The notes under the pieces are model-generated. The model made no database searches and was not told where the DNA came from. It saw nothing but the letters and a program-made list of their open reading frames with translations. A stretch of DNA of 64,000 bases. Origin: Magallana gigas (Eukaryota). Below, one piece after another: positions 12,084 to 23,800 of this stretch. Position numbers and translations under genes: made by a program. Every line of letters starts with the position of its first letter. Position 1 is the first letter of the stretch. The stretch covers positions 22,630,001 to 22,694,000 of the forward strand of contig NC_088858.1 in the NCBI RefSeq assembly GCF_963853765.1. The letters run 5' to 3'.

Positions 12084-15000
12084 TCACATATTCTCCTTCA
12101 TCCATTTAAAAGCGTATTCATTGACCAGCAACATGATTGCTCCTCCTGTCAATACAAAAAAATTGTGTTTAGATTCTGATTTCAATATATTAAATATGGT
12201 ACTTAATTAATAGGAGCACACTTTCAAGAAAGATTAAACTATAATGTACATGTATTTTTGTTAAGATTTTAATGTTCCAGCCTCAACATATTATTATGAA
12301 CTATAAACGTCAGCTATTCCATTCATTTCTAGAAGTATTTTCTTTTTCTTTTTTTTTTTTAAGGAGGGGGGGGGGGGTGGGGGTATCAACATGTAATATG
12401 GCAGAATCTCACTGATATTTATTGCATTAGTACAATACTTATCAATAATTGGTTTACATTTTGTATAAAAACATACCTGGGCCTAATCTCAGTACTTTTG
12501 GTAGCAGTCCTTTATACAAAGCTAAAAACCTGGAAGAAATATATAATGATAGATGTAAGAACATCCATAAACCAACATGTATTGCTACCAATAAGTCAGA
12601 CTGAGGTTAAAACTGCATGTTAATGAAAAAAATATTCTTCCTTCCACGTTTTTTTTAAGGTGGTATGTTGTAACATACCGTATATCCAGTTCTTTTTGCG
12701 TGTCACAAAATTTGCGGAAATGGGGAAATGTGTAGCATTTTTAATTTGCGCCAGTCATTTTTTGCAATTTTAAAAAGTTTCTTATAGAAAATAATACAGA
12801 GTATTATTTCTGCGTATTCAATAATTTGTGATTTAAAAGACATCGTGAAAAAAGCAAAAATTATATCATCGCGAAAATCATCTGATATTCGGTATTGTTT
12901 ATTGAAATAAACAATAAAATGAAGTGTAATTATATACACTCTGTAAGTAGTTTCTTTCTAAGTATTGTCACCTAACAGCATAGCGCATTGGGTTAGAGGG
13001 TTTACTACGAAGCTGTAAGTCATGAGTTCGAATCCCACTGGGGTTTTTACATTTTCTACCTCTCCAAAAATTTTTAAATGCTAGCTAAATTTTGGTTAAA
13101 TATTGAAAAATTTGAAAATTCTAAACCGGTGAAAGTATTGTCATTTTAATGTTCTTTAATTCACATTAATGTCTAATACCACCTTAAAGAGAACACTACC
13201 TTGTGAAAGGATATTACATTTTAACACGTACAGTTTAAAGTAATGTGTTCACTTGACAAGTAAACATTGAAATGTGATGTCTATAAAATGTGATGGGTAA
13301 ACTTGTAATAAAAGTAATCTAAGATCTACTATCTCACCCTTCTTCTTTGTAAACTGTTGCAATAGTTTTAAAACACGTCCTGTATTTGATCTCGCCAGGC
13401 ACAGGTTGTGGCCCCTGAATTCTGCTTTTAGCCACATCAAATGGAATGTTGACACAGGATGCTATCGTTCCTGACACAAAGCCAATCAAAAGCTTTCTAC
13501 CAATCTCCAAACTGTGGGTCTGTAGAGACAAAACAGTATTTTCAAAGCATGAGTTTCATAGATTTACAGCAGAATCATATGGATGTGTAGTGGATAAATT
13601 TTCATTGTACTCTCTACCCAAAACTCTAAAACCTAACTGAATTAAGAGGCACAGTCTAATTTAGATCATCATACAAAGAAATTCATGAAATTGCATTCCC
13701 ATGAAATTGATAAAAAATAATTGGTACCCATGAATTTTGAAAACTCTGCAAATCTTTCCTATTTAGCAGTGCATTACCTCTGCCTGTGGAATTAAATCTC
13801 GGACATTGTGATAAAAGCCAAAGTAGATCATGTTAAAAACTCCATGACGACCTAGAGTGGATGTGAGGCCTTTGTTTAATCCGCGCCGTCCAAATCCGTC
13901 ATTTCGAATTATCTCTCTTGCTGTTGCAATTGTGCTGCCTTGCTGAAATGATTATTAAAAGTGCTATAATAAAAATATATGACTTTAAATTTCAATTGAA
14001 TAAATAAATCATTAATAAGAATTGAATTAAGTACTACAAAGTTAAATACATGTAATTTTGAATAATTACAGTGTCAATTTTTCCAGTACATACCTCTTTA
14101 AAAGCATGTCGATCTGCCTGTAGTTTGACTTTCACAACTTCAAATGGATTTATGATTACCGCCTCAGTAAGTCCCGAGCACAACCCAGCCAGATACAAAA
14201 TCTACAAGGGGAGGGAAAAAATAAACAACAGAAAATCATCTAGACATGAATGATTACACCTGACGCATTACAAAATACATATCGTACATACAGCTGTAGA
14301 ATAAAAAGATCTATCTCAAATATTCTATTTAAAAATAAAATTTTGAGTAGTTTTTAACTGTAGGGTCAACAGATCTGCAGATCTGTAGCTCTACCAAGAA
14401 AATTCAGGTGGATGGACCATAGAGCTACAATTCCTCTCATACAAAAAACTGTGCTTGTTTGGACTGATTAACCTAATATTCTTAGAGATTTTGTACAGAT
14501 ATGAGATATTTGATGCTGCAAAATTTCTCTGTCATTTTCCTATCGATATTGTTACTTTATATGCCTAGGATATTCTTTTTAACACCATCACCAGCTTCAT
14601 GAATTGAAGAAGTGTAGTTTGTTTTATACATGTAAAAATGGCAAGTCTTGATCTGCACATGAAATACATGTGCTTCATTTTCCGAGATCTGTTCGGCAAG
14701 CGTGTCAAGAAAAAGTCTGAGGTAAAGCGATGTCATCAGTATTAAAATGTCTGAAGAATTTAATGGTACTTTGAAATAATTTTTACATAATTTAATCAGT
14801 CCAAAACTCGAGCAAGTTTTTGTGTGCAGTAAGTTGCAACTTTTTAACAGTTAAGGAACTGTAGCTCCAAGGTCATTCATCCAAGCTTTTTCGGACCGGT
14901 AGCTACAGACCTGCACCTAGGTAAACATGCAGAAGTAATAACAAGAAGAAAAAACAAGGGGAAATAACTCTCCAATAGAAAGTAAAATCAATTATTTATT

Positions 15001-16295
15001 TCAGTCATTGAGTTCACATACTGAATAAAATCTGATTTTTTAATGTCTCAAGTTTTTTAGGAGTGTAAACAAATAATTTATCCAAACATATATATCATAA
15101 AGAGATAACTTGTCAGATTTCTGAAAACATGCAAAGTAACCTAAGTTTTTTTATATTATTTAATAGGAGCTAGAGACAATTCATAGTCAACAAAGTACTT
15201 ACAGATGAGTATGGGATGATTTGAAAAGATGCAAACATTTCTTTATATCTCTCAAATGTAAAAAATTTCACAGCTCGTTTGGGAGTTTCTGCCATCAATG
15301 GGGGTAGAATGCCTTTATAAAAAGAAAGAGCCCTGAAATAATCCAATAAACATGATTTATTACAAATTAAAGAAAACACCTATTCTTTCTTTACGATCAG
15401 TGTTAACCATAAGAAAATTAATGTCTCTTATTCAATATCATTTTAGAAAAAATATTCAAATATTTATAATAGTTTAGCATTATGTCAGTCAGAATTTGGA
15501 GATTTACAGAAAGCAATGATCCCAGCTTCATCAGAAACCTTAGTCAGAATAATAATGAGTTCTGTTAAACAACCTAATAATTTTACATCCACTGTTAAAC
15601 CTTAGATTGTTATCTCAAACTCCATGTGTCAGTACCAAGAAAAACTATAGAAATCACATTAGTGCAATATTTGAGATATTGATGAGATAATAATTTCAGA
15701 AACATTTACAATCATTGGAACTTCTAAACCACTTTGACATATCTATGGTATTTGTGATATCAGTGATTTAGATACCAAAATTCAACTGAATATTAAATAA
15801 TAATACATGTATATAAATAATGAGGCATTAATACCCTTCATTTCGGTACATCTTCTTGAAGCAGTCTGCCAATGACGTATACCGATTCGGATCATCTGGT
15901 CCCCTTTGGATTTGGAATCTCGTTTTCATTAGATCAAGTGGGTGCATCAGTGACACCTCCACAAAACCTGATACAAAGTAACCAACAAAAAAATTAAATA
16001 ATGAATCAAAACAAAAAATAACAGACCAATATAAATTCTAATAAAAATTCTACATATCGATAAAAATTATCTTAGCTTAAAGTATTACAAAACAATTATA
16101 TTTATATAGATCCTGGGTGATATCCCCACCTCATCTCTTCAGCAGTGTTTAGAAATTAGAATTTGTAAAATTATCCGGAAATCCATAAAAAAGGGGGGGG
16201 GGGTTACCTGCACATCCACCCGCTGCAAACTGCATAAAGTGGAGTTTCATTGGGCTGTGTCGGGAGCCACTTGAAGGCTCTACGACTGCTGCCAT
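12084..16295 (-). CDS. SLC25A21: Mitochondrial 2-oxodicarboxylate carrier (SLC25 family), 8 exons, ~306 aa
   Basis: Exons 16295-16208, 15967-15835, 15332-15203, 14201-14094, 13942-13778, 13519-13338, 12529-12477, 12145-12084, all GT-AG and in frame. Three carrier signatures (HPLDLMKTRFQ, NPFEVVKVKLQ, IPFDVAKSRIQ) plus YKGILPPLMAETPKRAVKFFTFERYK. Confidence 0.93.
12659..13183. mobile_element. Kolobok-like non-autonomous element with nested TA-flanked MITE (12678-12892) and tRNA-like internal segment (~12978-13047)
   Basis: ttaa|ggtggtat ... ataccacc|ttaa. Nested ta|ccgtatatc...gatattcgg|ta. Box A/B-like tagcgcattgg and gagttcgaatccc. Lies in SLC25A21 intron 6. Confidence 0.75.
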
Positions 16296-16480
16296 GGTGT
16301 TTTCAATACTGTACGTGTACCCCTTTCAGTTGTATCCTAGTAATCCTACACATGAAACCACATCTTGACCCATGACATGGTGATGGTATCCGGTTCAAAC
16401 TTTAGTTTTTTTTAAGTTGAGGGTAAAACCAGTACAAGACAATCCGGAATCTTCTTTTCCGGAGAGTGTGCTAATGCAAG
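16296..16480. promoter_or_regulatory. Probable bidirectional promoter and 5'UTR exon between SLC25A21 and MRPS12
   Basis: Head-to-head genes with ATGs at 16295 and 16750. ccggaa/ttccgg ETS-type words at ~16443-16461, and donor aag|gtaaaa at 16480. Confidence 0.55.
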
Positions 16481-16749
16481 GTAAAAATAAAGGGCATTAT
16501 TTGTGTTATTTCACTTATTTGATTGTCAGTTTCTGGAATAAAAATAATTTCATTCGAACGTTTACTTTCCGTAGTATTGTTGATCATGTGTATATGGATA
16601 TACTTAATTAAACCCAGAACAAAATGTTTTGAGGAACTAGTGCAATGGATAGTGGAGGAAATTCGGGTTGAAATTCCTCTATTTCATGTTACTGTTTATT
16701 ATGTAAGAAAAACTACGTTATTTAATTTATTTTCAATCTACAGAAAATC

Positions 16750-18206
16750 ATGTCGCTTGCCAACCTTTGCCAGAGATTTTCACGCATGATGACAACCACC
16801 AGCTTAAAAACAACACATAAATTTGTAACAAGTAGGTGTATTATGATCAATCTTTCAATCCATTTGTTATCATGACCATGACCTCCTTGTACAATGAAGA
16901 CAAAATTAATTCTATATTTTTGAACACTAGATCTCACTCTAGCCCTTGGTACCTGTGACAGTCTGACCGGCTCGATAGTTTGCGCCACAATTGCTCATTT
17001 TTGTAGCAATAACACTTTTAATATAGAGAATCAGGGTCTGAGGTCCTGTCCATTAATATCCTGTTATACATTTAAAAGTGGTGTTACCAACCCCTAGAAC
17101 TGATAGGTTAATTAACACCTGCCAGGGAAAAGAACTGATTGATGATCCTTGAGGGTAAAGACTGAAGGTTAGGAAACCAGTCTGGTCTTTCATTATTTCA
17201 TTTTAGTACATGTGTACTACAATTGAAGCTGTGATGAACCCCTGAAATTTACAGATTAATCACAAATCCTGACTGGGGAAAAAATTAGGGATGATAGTCC
17301 TTGAGGGCAAATGGGGAGGAATGTGACAGATTCAATGGCAGATACAGTACACAGGGTTATTTTCGCTCCGTGAAATTTTTGCCCTTGTACACTTACAGTT
17401 TTGCCCCATCTTGGATTTGCCCAGACATACGGTATTTGTATTTTAAATAGAGATCATTTAAGAATTTAGAATCGCCCTGTCTGTAAAACAGGGTCAAATT
17501 TTCCTCTCTATACAGCAAGTCAACTGGTAGAACACCTGACTAAGATTCAGGGGACCAGGCTTTGAATCGAAGTCTGGTCTGCCATAATTTCTCCTATCAA
17601 CTTACACATATATCAATTTGCCCATACCTGTGCATTGTGAGCGCTATAAATCACTCCCATAAACATTCAAATTAATATTTTATGAAAATTTCAATTGCTG
17701 GGGGTATTTTTCACTACTCGGCTTGAGTTTTTGATCGAAAGTGACAAAAGAAGAAGTTTTTTATGCACAAATTGAAACTAATTACTGAAATTTTTGTTCA
17801 TTCAGATTCTTCACCATTGGTGAACCATGCAGTAGAACCACGACCGGGAGGTTCCCTCATTTTACAGAGGTTTGAGACCCTTAATCAGATGCACAGACGA
17901 GGAGGCCCCATACAGCCCAAGATAAAGAAACCAAATAAATATCTGTGTGGCAATGCCTATAAAAGAGGTGTTGTATTGAAGCTTGTCATCAAAAAGCCAA
18001 AGAAACCCAATTCTGCTCAGCGAAAATGTGTGCGTTTAAAACTAAGCAATGGGAAAGAGGCGACTGCGTATATTCCAGGCGAGGGACATAATTTACAGGA
18101 ACACAGCATAGTGTTGGTGAGAGGAGGCCGACTTCAGGATGTACCTGGAGTAAACTTGCAGTGTGTTCGGGGGAAATATGACTTAGCACATGTCAAAAAG
18201 AAATGA
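16750..18206 (+). CDS. MRPS12: Mitochondrial ribosomal protein S12 (uS12m), ~160 aa
   Basis: Exons 16750-16831 ([17 protein letters not shown], transit-peptide-like) and 17806-18206, phase-compatible. Contains [54 protein letters not shown]. Confidence 0.95.
17343..17600. mobile_element. TA-type MITE (17343-17516) followed by a degenerate tRNA-derived SINE-like head (17517-17600)
   Basis: acagggttattttcgctccgtg ... ttttcctctctatacag, then tcaactggtagaacacctgactaagattcagg..ttgaatc. Confidence 0.5.
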
Positions 18207-18280
18207 AATGTAGAGAATTTTATGATTAAAAACTATATGCTGACATTAAAATTAAAATCAAACCAAATTAAAGTTAAATT

Positions 18281-18700
18281 ATTTTTATGCCCCTGCTGTC
18301 ATTTTGTCCTTCTGTCTGTCATTTTGTCCTTCTGTCTGTTCGTTCTGTCATCATTAACTTTCCGTTCGTTATCTTGGCAACAATTGTACAAGTTCAACTC
18401 GATCAACTCAAATGACTATGTGCAGGATTTAGTGTTTTTGTGCCTCGAAATTCAAAGCTATGAGTAGGGCTTTAGAAATTTGCTTTAAAAAAGATTATAA
18501 CGTATAAGTCAAGTTTATAGAGATAAATTGTGTGATCAATGTCTTTATACAAATATGATTTATTGATGAAGATCAATTATCGCAAAAGTGCATTTTTTAA
18601 AGAATAAATTGGATATTTCCTATCATTTTGTTTAACAGGAAACATCAAGTGCATGCTTGCTTCAACGATATGCCATTGAGTAGATTATGAACAATTATAT
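18281..18700 (+). mobile_element. Probable Helentron-type non-autonomous element fragment
   Basis: tttttatgcccc start followed by duplicated ctgtcattttgtccttctgt microsatellite-like units, as in the other Helentron-type copies. Confidence 0.45.
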
Positions 18701-18707
18701 ATACACT

Positions 18708-19075
18708 AAATAAATAGTGCCGGTTTAGGAGGGTAAGAGTTGAAATTGACACCCTGGGAAAACTATTTATTGTCTACCGACGTGAAGCGGAGGTTGACAA
18801 TGTTTTGGAGGGGTGTCAATTTCAACTCTTACCCTCCTAAACGGGCACTATTTATTTTATTATACTGAACGTCTTCATTTTAAAGAAAACTTTACTACTT
18901 TAATATAAGAATGACGTGAATTCTTTGGCGAACCGTACGCACATATTTTATGCGCATGTATCAATTCGTTGTGTTACCCGTTGCTAAGTGTGTTGCTAAC
19001 ACTGAGGGTAATAGAACGGATTATCAACTGCGTCTAAACCAATCAGATTTCAGTATTTAACATGAAAGTATAATA
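18708..19075. mobile_element. Palindrome-bearing Crypton-like non-autonomous element
   Basis: ~46-bp inverted arms at 18708-18753 and 18811-18857 around a cgtgaagcggagg loop. aaccaatcagatttcagtatttaacatgaaagtataat lies near the end. Confidence 0.55.
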
Positions 19076-20876
19076 ATGTAAAATGGTACTGAAGCAACAT
19101 TGCGCTCTATACTTTCTATTGTTGAATATGAAGAAAAACTGCTGAATATTTTTGAGAAATGGCGGGAAGTGGTCATGCAATTTACCAATTTACATGGTGC
19201 ACTCATGGAAGCACGATGAATGAACAATATAAAACTTATAGATGTTATACAGTAACCATAAAATAGAGATCAAGTTCGAATTTGGTCAAGGTCCTATAAT
19301 GATTTTGTCAGAGTTATGCCCTTTGAACTTAAAAAAAATTATTTTTAAAAAAATACGGTTCATGTATTTAATGATATAAACATATATTACAAGTTTGTCA
19401 CTCAATACAATTGTATTTTCATGTCATCTTAGCTTATTAAGCGCTTCAAATAAACATTTTTTGCAGCCCCCCCCCCCCTTTCCCATTGTTTTTTATAATC
19501 AGAAATTAAGCTATATTAAGCTACATTTCTAAAGATTAAAAAAATAATATCTTTATTTGATATCGTATATCATTTTGTAAGAGGCATTTCTTTTAAACTT
19601 TTCCCTTCATTTTTGTAAATCCGGCAATTAGTTTGAACTACTTTTACCCAAACCAAGCACCTCGTGTTGATACATCCGCCATTTTGAAATTAAAGTACAA
19701 CGTTTGACAAAACGACTGAAGTAAAATCTTCCTGAGCAAGGTAGGTGGGACATTTTTCCGTAAATCCCTTTCTCTCTGGTATATTTAAAACGTTTTTTTT
19801 CATGCGCAGAATAAGAATGATGTCAGCCTTTGCAATGTCTATTCCTTGTTAAAACTTGTGAAGCGTTTGTTTTCCTTCCTTATTCATTCTTGTTTAGTTT
19901 TCATGTAAACCATGCTATCGAATGTTGTTTAATTTGATATATCTACATCATGAAATTATTTCAAATTTGTTTCCATGAATACCTTTTGATATTTGCACCG
20001 TGTAACCAAACGTTTTCAAGATTTTTTCTTTCGCACTTTGATAAAATGATCAGCAATTTTATGATCATGTATTCTGTTACATTTTTAAGTTTAAGCTTGT
20101 AAAATCGTAAATAAATAACTATAATATGAACACTTTAGTAAGTTAAAATAGAATCAACATTATACCTGACCAGCTGTATAAAAAATCCTTGAAAGTTGAT
20201 GCTATTTTTAGAAATGATATGTAAATATTATATGCATTTTCAACATTCAATCTGATCGGTCCTTTTACTGTATATTCACTAAGACTCTTAGTGGGAAAAC
20301 CAAACAAATTAGATTCAAACATCTTTTAATTTTATTTCACAATGCTGAAAACATTGCAACAGCAAGTTTGTTTATTATTATTATTAAAAAAAAACAACAA
20401 ACAAACACATCAATATTTATAAACGAAATTTTATTAATTCTTGTTTTAAAACTTTTACAGTAGTGTACAGAGGCGTGTTCAACAGAGCGAGTGCTTGCCA
20501 AAATTCCCTTTACCCGCAACCCAAATTTTGGCGAGAGCATACGAGCCCTCTCTTTGCTGAACATGCCTCTGGTTGCCGACCAATTCTTGGGAAGTACCAT
20601 TACTCACCAGTGCATTGTTATGTCATTTTTTGTAAAAAAAAAAAAAAAATTATGTGATGATAAAATGAGGTAACAATGTACTGGCGGGAAATGGTCCTCA
20701 GTGAGAATTGATTGCATGCCAGTATTGACTTCAGATGGGATATGTTTCATACGAGGACTTGTGCAACATTAACACAAAATTACCTGAATAAAAAAGTTAT
20801 ACATTAGTACATTACCTGTAAGTTTGAGCGTTATTCCAAAAGTTAGAATAATTTTATTTTCCTTTTCCAGAGGACA

Positions 20877-23800
20877 ATGTCATTTCCTCCTAGGCCTCCC
20901 ATAGGCATGCCCCCAATGGGATATGCCTATGCACCTGTTGGAATGATGCCCATGGGGCTGGGCATGATGCCCCAACCGGTCAGTAATAAACTTTGAAACA
21001 AAACTTTTATAACAGCATTATAATTTCAGTAATAGGTTTCAATTATATCTAGTAAAAAGAATTATTTGTTGACAGATTATGAATATGTGGTGTAAATCTA
21101 GTACTTGAAACAACAATTGCAAATTCAATTCATAACAAATGAATGTGGAATCTACTATAATTAAAGGATATGTTTGTTGAGTTTTATAAGGTGTCAAAGT
21201 CAACACTAACTGTGTTAAAATGAAAAGATTTATGTTAACGAAACAGAAAACAAAACACTTTGCTGTTTAAACAGAAATGCAGTTGCAAAAATTATACAAG
21301 TCTGTGTTGCAAACGGAATGCCTAGGTACATGTTGCCTATTGTATTGAAAAACAAAATTATAAATGTTTTAGGTCATGAGACCAATAGTGACAACTCAAA
21401 GTGCAGTCTCACAACCAGCCAAACCATTCAACAGAAAATTAATTCCACAAGAAATACCAAAGGTAACACATTTCTATGATTAATTATTGTTGTTAGATTT
21501 GCAATTCAGCTTTTATGGCAAAGGCTATGTGTAAAAATGAAAATAAACTAAGAATACCTAAGGTTTGGGGTGGGTTTTTTCATAGAGTGCGCATGTCATG
21601 ATCAAATTAAAAAAAAAAAGATATGGATGTAAAATTTTCTTTGTAAATATTATTAAAATGGTATTGTTTTTAAAACTACATGTATATACTCCTGATGCAG
21701 AACCTCTGATACAGAATAAGTACAGGTAAATTGAATATATTTTAGGATGAGAAGGAAGAAAAACCTCCTGTGACCACAGTATTTGTTGGAAACATCAGTG
21801 ACAGAGCCCCAGATGCCATGATACGACAGATGTTACAGGTAGGCTTGTTGTTATGATGCATGAATGATCTACAGTTCTTATAATCTGAACTAAGAGAAGT
21901 TTTGTAAGACATACGTTTACCTATATATTAAAAATACACTATTTCAGAGATGTGGTAATGTACTCAGCTGGAAACGTGTGCAAGGTGCCTCAGGGAAATT
22001 ACAAGGTGAGGAGTGTTTGACAGTGATTATCTCATCAAATGATAAATAGATTTTTGATCAAATTTGTATGGCTAAAATTTTACGTTTATAATTTCATGAC
22101 ATACTGTGGTTTCATCAAAATTCATTGAATACCAATTTTCGTGGATTTCATTGTTAAGTTGATCCACGAAATTAAATGTTCATCGAAGTGCAATTTCTAT
22201 TAAGATTTTGTATTGATATGGTCATTGGCCTTGAATTTACGTATCCTTGAAACTGATTTTTCACTTTATCCACGAAAATTGATACCCTTGAATATTAATG
22301 AAACCACAGTATTGCATCCATGAAATCTGACAACTAATTGGAGAAAATAGCTGTTGTAAATTAGTATATAAAAGATCTTTCAGCTGTAATGCTGACATTA
22401 AATTAACAGATATTTTTGAGATTAATGTGGATTATTTAAGAAAGGAAACAATTACTTTCAGCTTTCGGATTTTGTGAATATGAAGATCCAGAAGCAACTC
22501 TGCGATGTATGAGACTTCTAAATGAATGGGAAATAGCAGAGAAAAAATTAGTGGTAAGTGTAAAAGTATATGATGAACATGCTGAAGTATAATTTGTTTA
22601 CTTGATAACAAGTACATACCAGTTTTTCTCAGATTTTGAATAATAATTCATGTAGGACCTACCACATCCTGCCATTCTGCTTAGCTTGTCACATAAATTA
22701 CGTTAAAGATTATTTTAATTTGCATATAAAAGAGAATACCGTATTTTCCTGACGATAAGTCTGTATTTTTTCTCTGAAGCAGAGCACTCGACTTATCGTC
22801 TTGATCGACTTGTCTAAGGCTTAAGGTCAGAAAATTGTGCAAAATAGTATTAAAAATCTTGGTTTTAATGGTCTTGATCTGGCTGTTTTATTGAAAATTA
22901 CGTTGTTGAATTCAATGTTCATCTTTAATTATCATCATTTTCACTCATTTGTTAACACTAGAATACATTTTGATAACAGTTATTAAACAATGGTGCATTG
23001 TCTTTAATCAATTTAAAGTTTTACCGTTCCGTTTTTATAAACACATTGTCACATGATTCCATATATCACTACTGGGAAGATTAAATTGCGCAGTAAAATT
23101 GAAACCAAACATAAATGGAAAAAACTATTGCAGTAGGTCCGGGGAATGTTTTCAATTTTTATTATTTTATTAGTAAATAGTTGTTAGTGGAAAGTATAAA
23201 TGAGAAATATTTTATGGTCAAATTGAATCTTAAAATACATGTACGTAATAGGCAATTATCAATACTATTGTTTATACAGTAGGCTGACACCGGTTGTGCT
23301 AATAATCTTGCCATTGGCTGAGATCTATACGGCAATTTCCCTCCCTGTGTATATAAAGAGTACCGTTATTAGTGTGATTATAGTTCATTGATTATTTATT
23401 GTCCAATTCTTTGATTATTGTTAAATCAAAAATTTAGGAAACGTATGTATGTCGTATATCGTCGTTTTCAAGTCGTACAAATGATTGATCTATTTCTAAC
23501 AGTGTCTATGTAAAACTATAGCGTGTAACTGCATTACTGGATACAAAGTAAACAAGTTTCATCAAATCATAGTAACTGCTAAGCTTTCTGCACTTGAGTA
23601 CTCCCTTTGAAGTCCGACACGAGACAGGTGCATGCCTCTGACACCGGAAATTGTTAAACAAACATTGACCACGCGCCAAGTCAACAGGTGGCTGGTTACA
23701 TAATGGCGAATACACTGGCGATGGTCAGAGTGGGTGATTATTTAAAACTTAAAAAACTCAAAACTTACTTTGACTTCTGTCAAAGTAAGTTTAGTTTTTG

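Noticed and set aside
12978-13047. tRNA gene
   Set aside because: It has box A/B-like motifs but no convincing acceptor or anticodon stems, lies inside a transposon, and has a decayed homologue at ~4910-4970.
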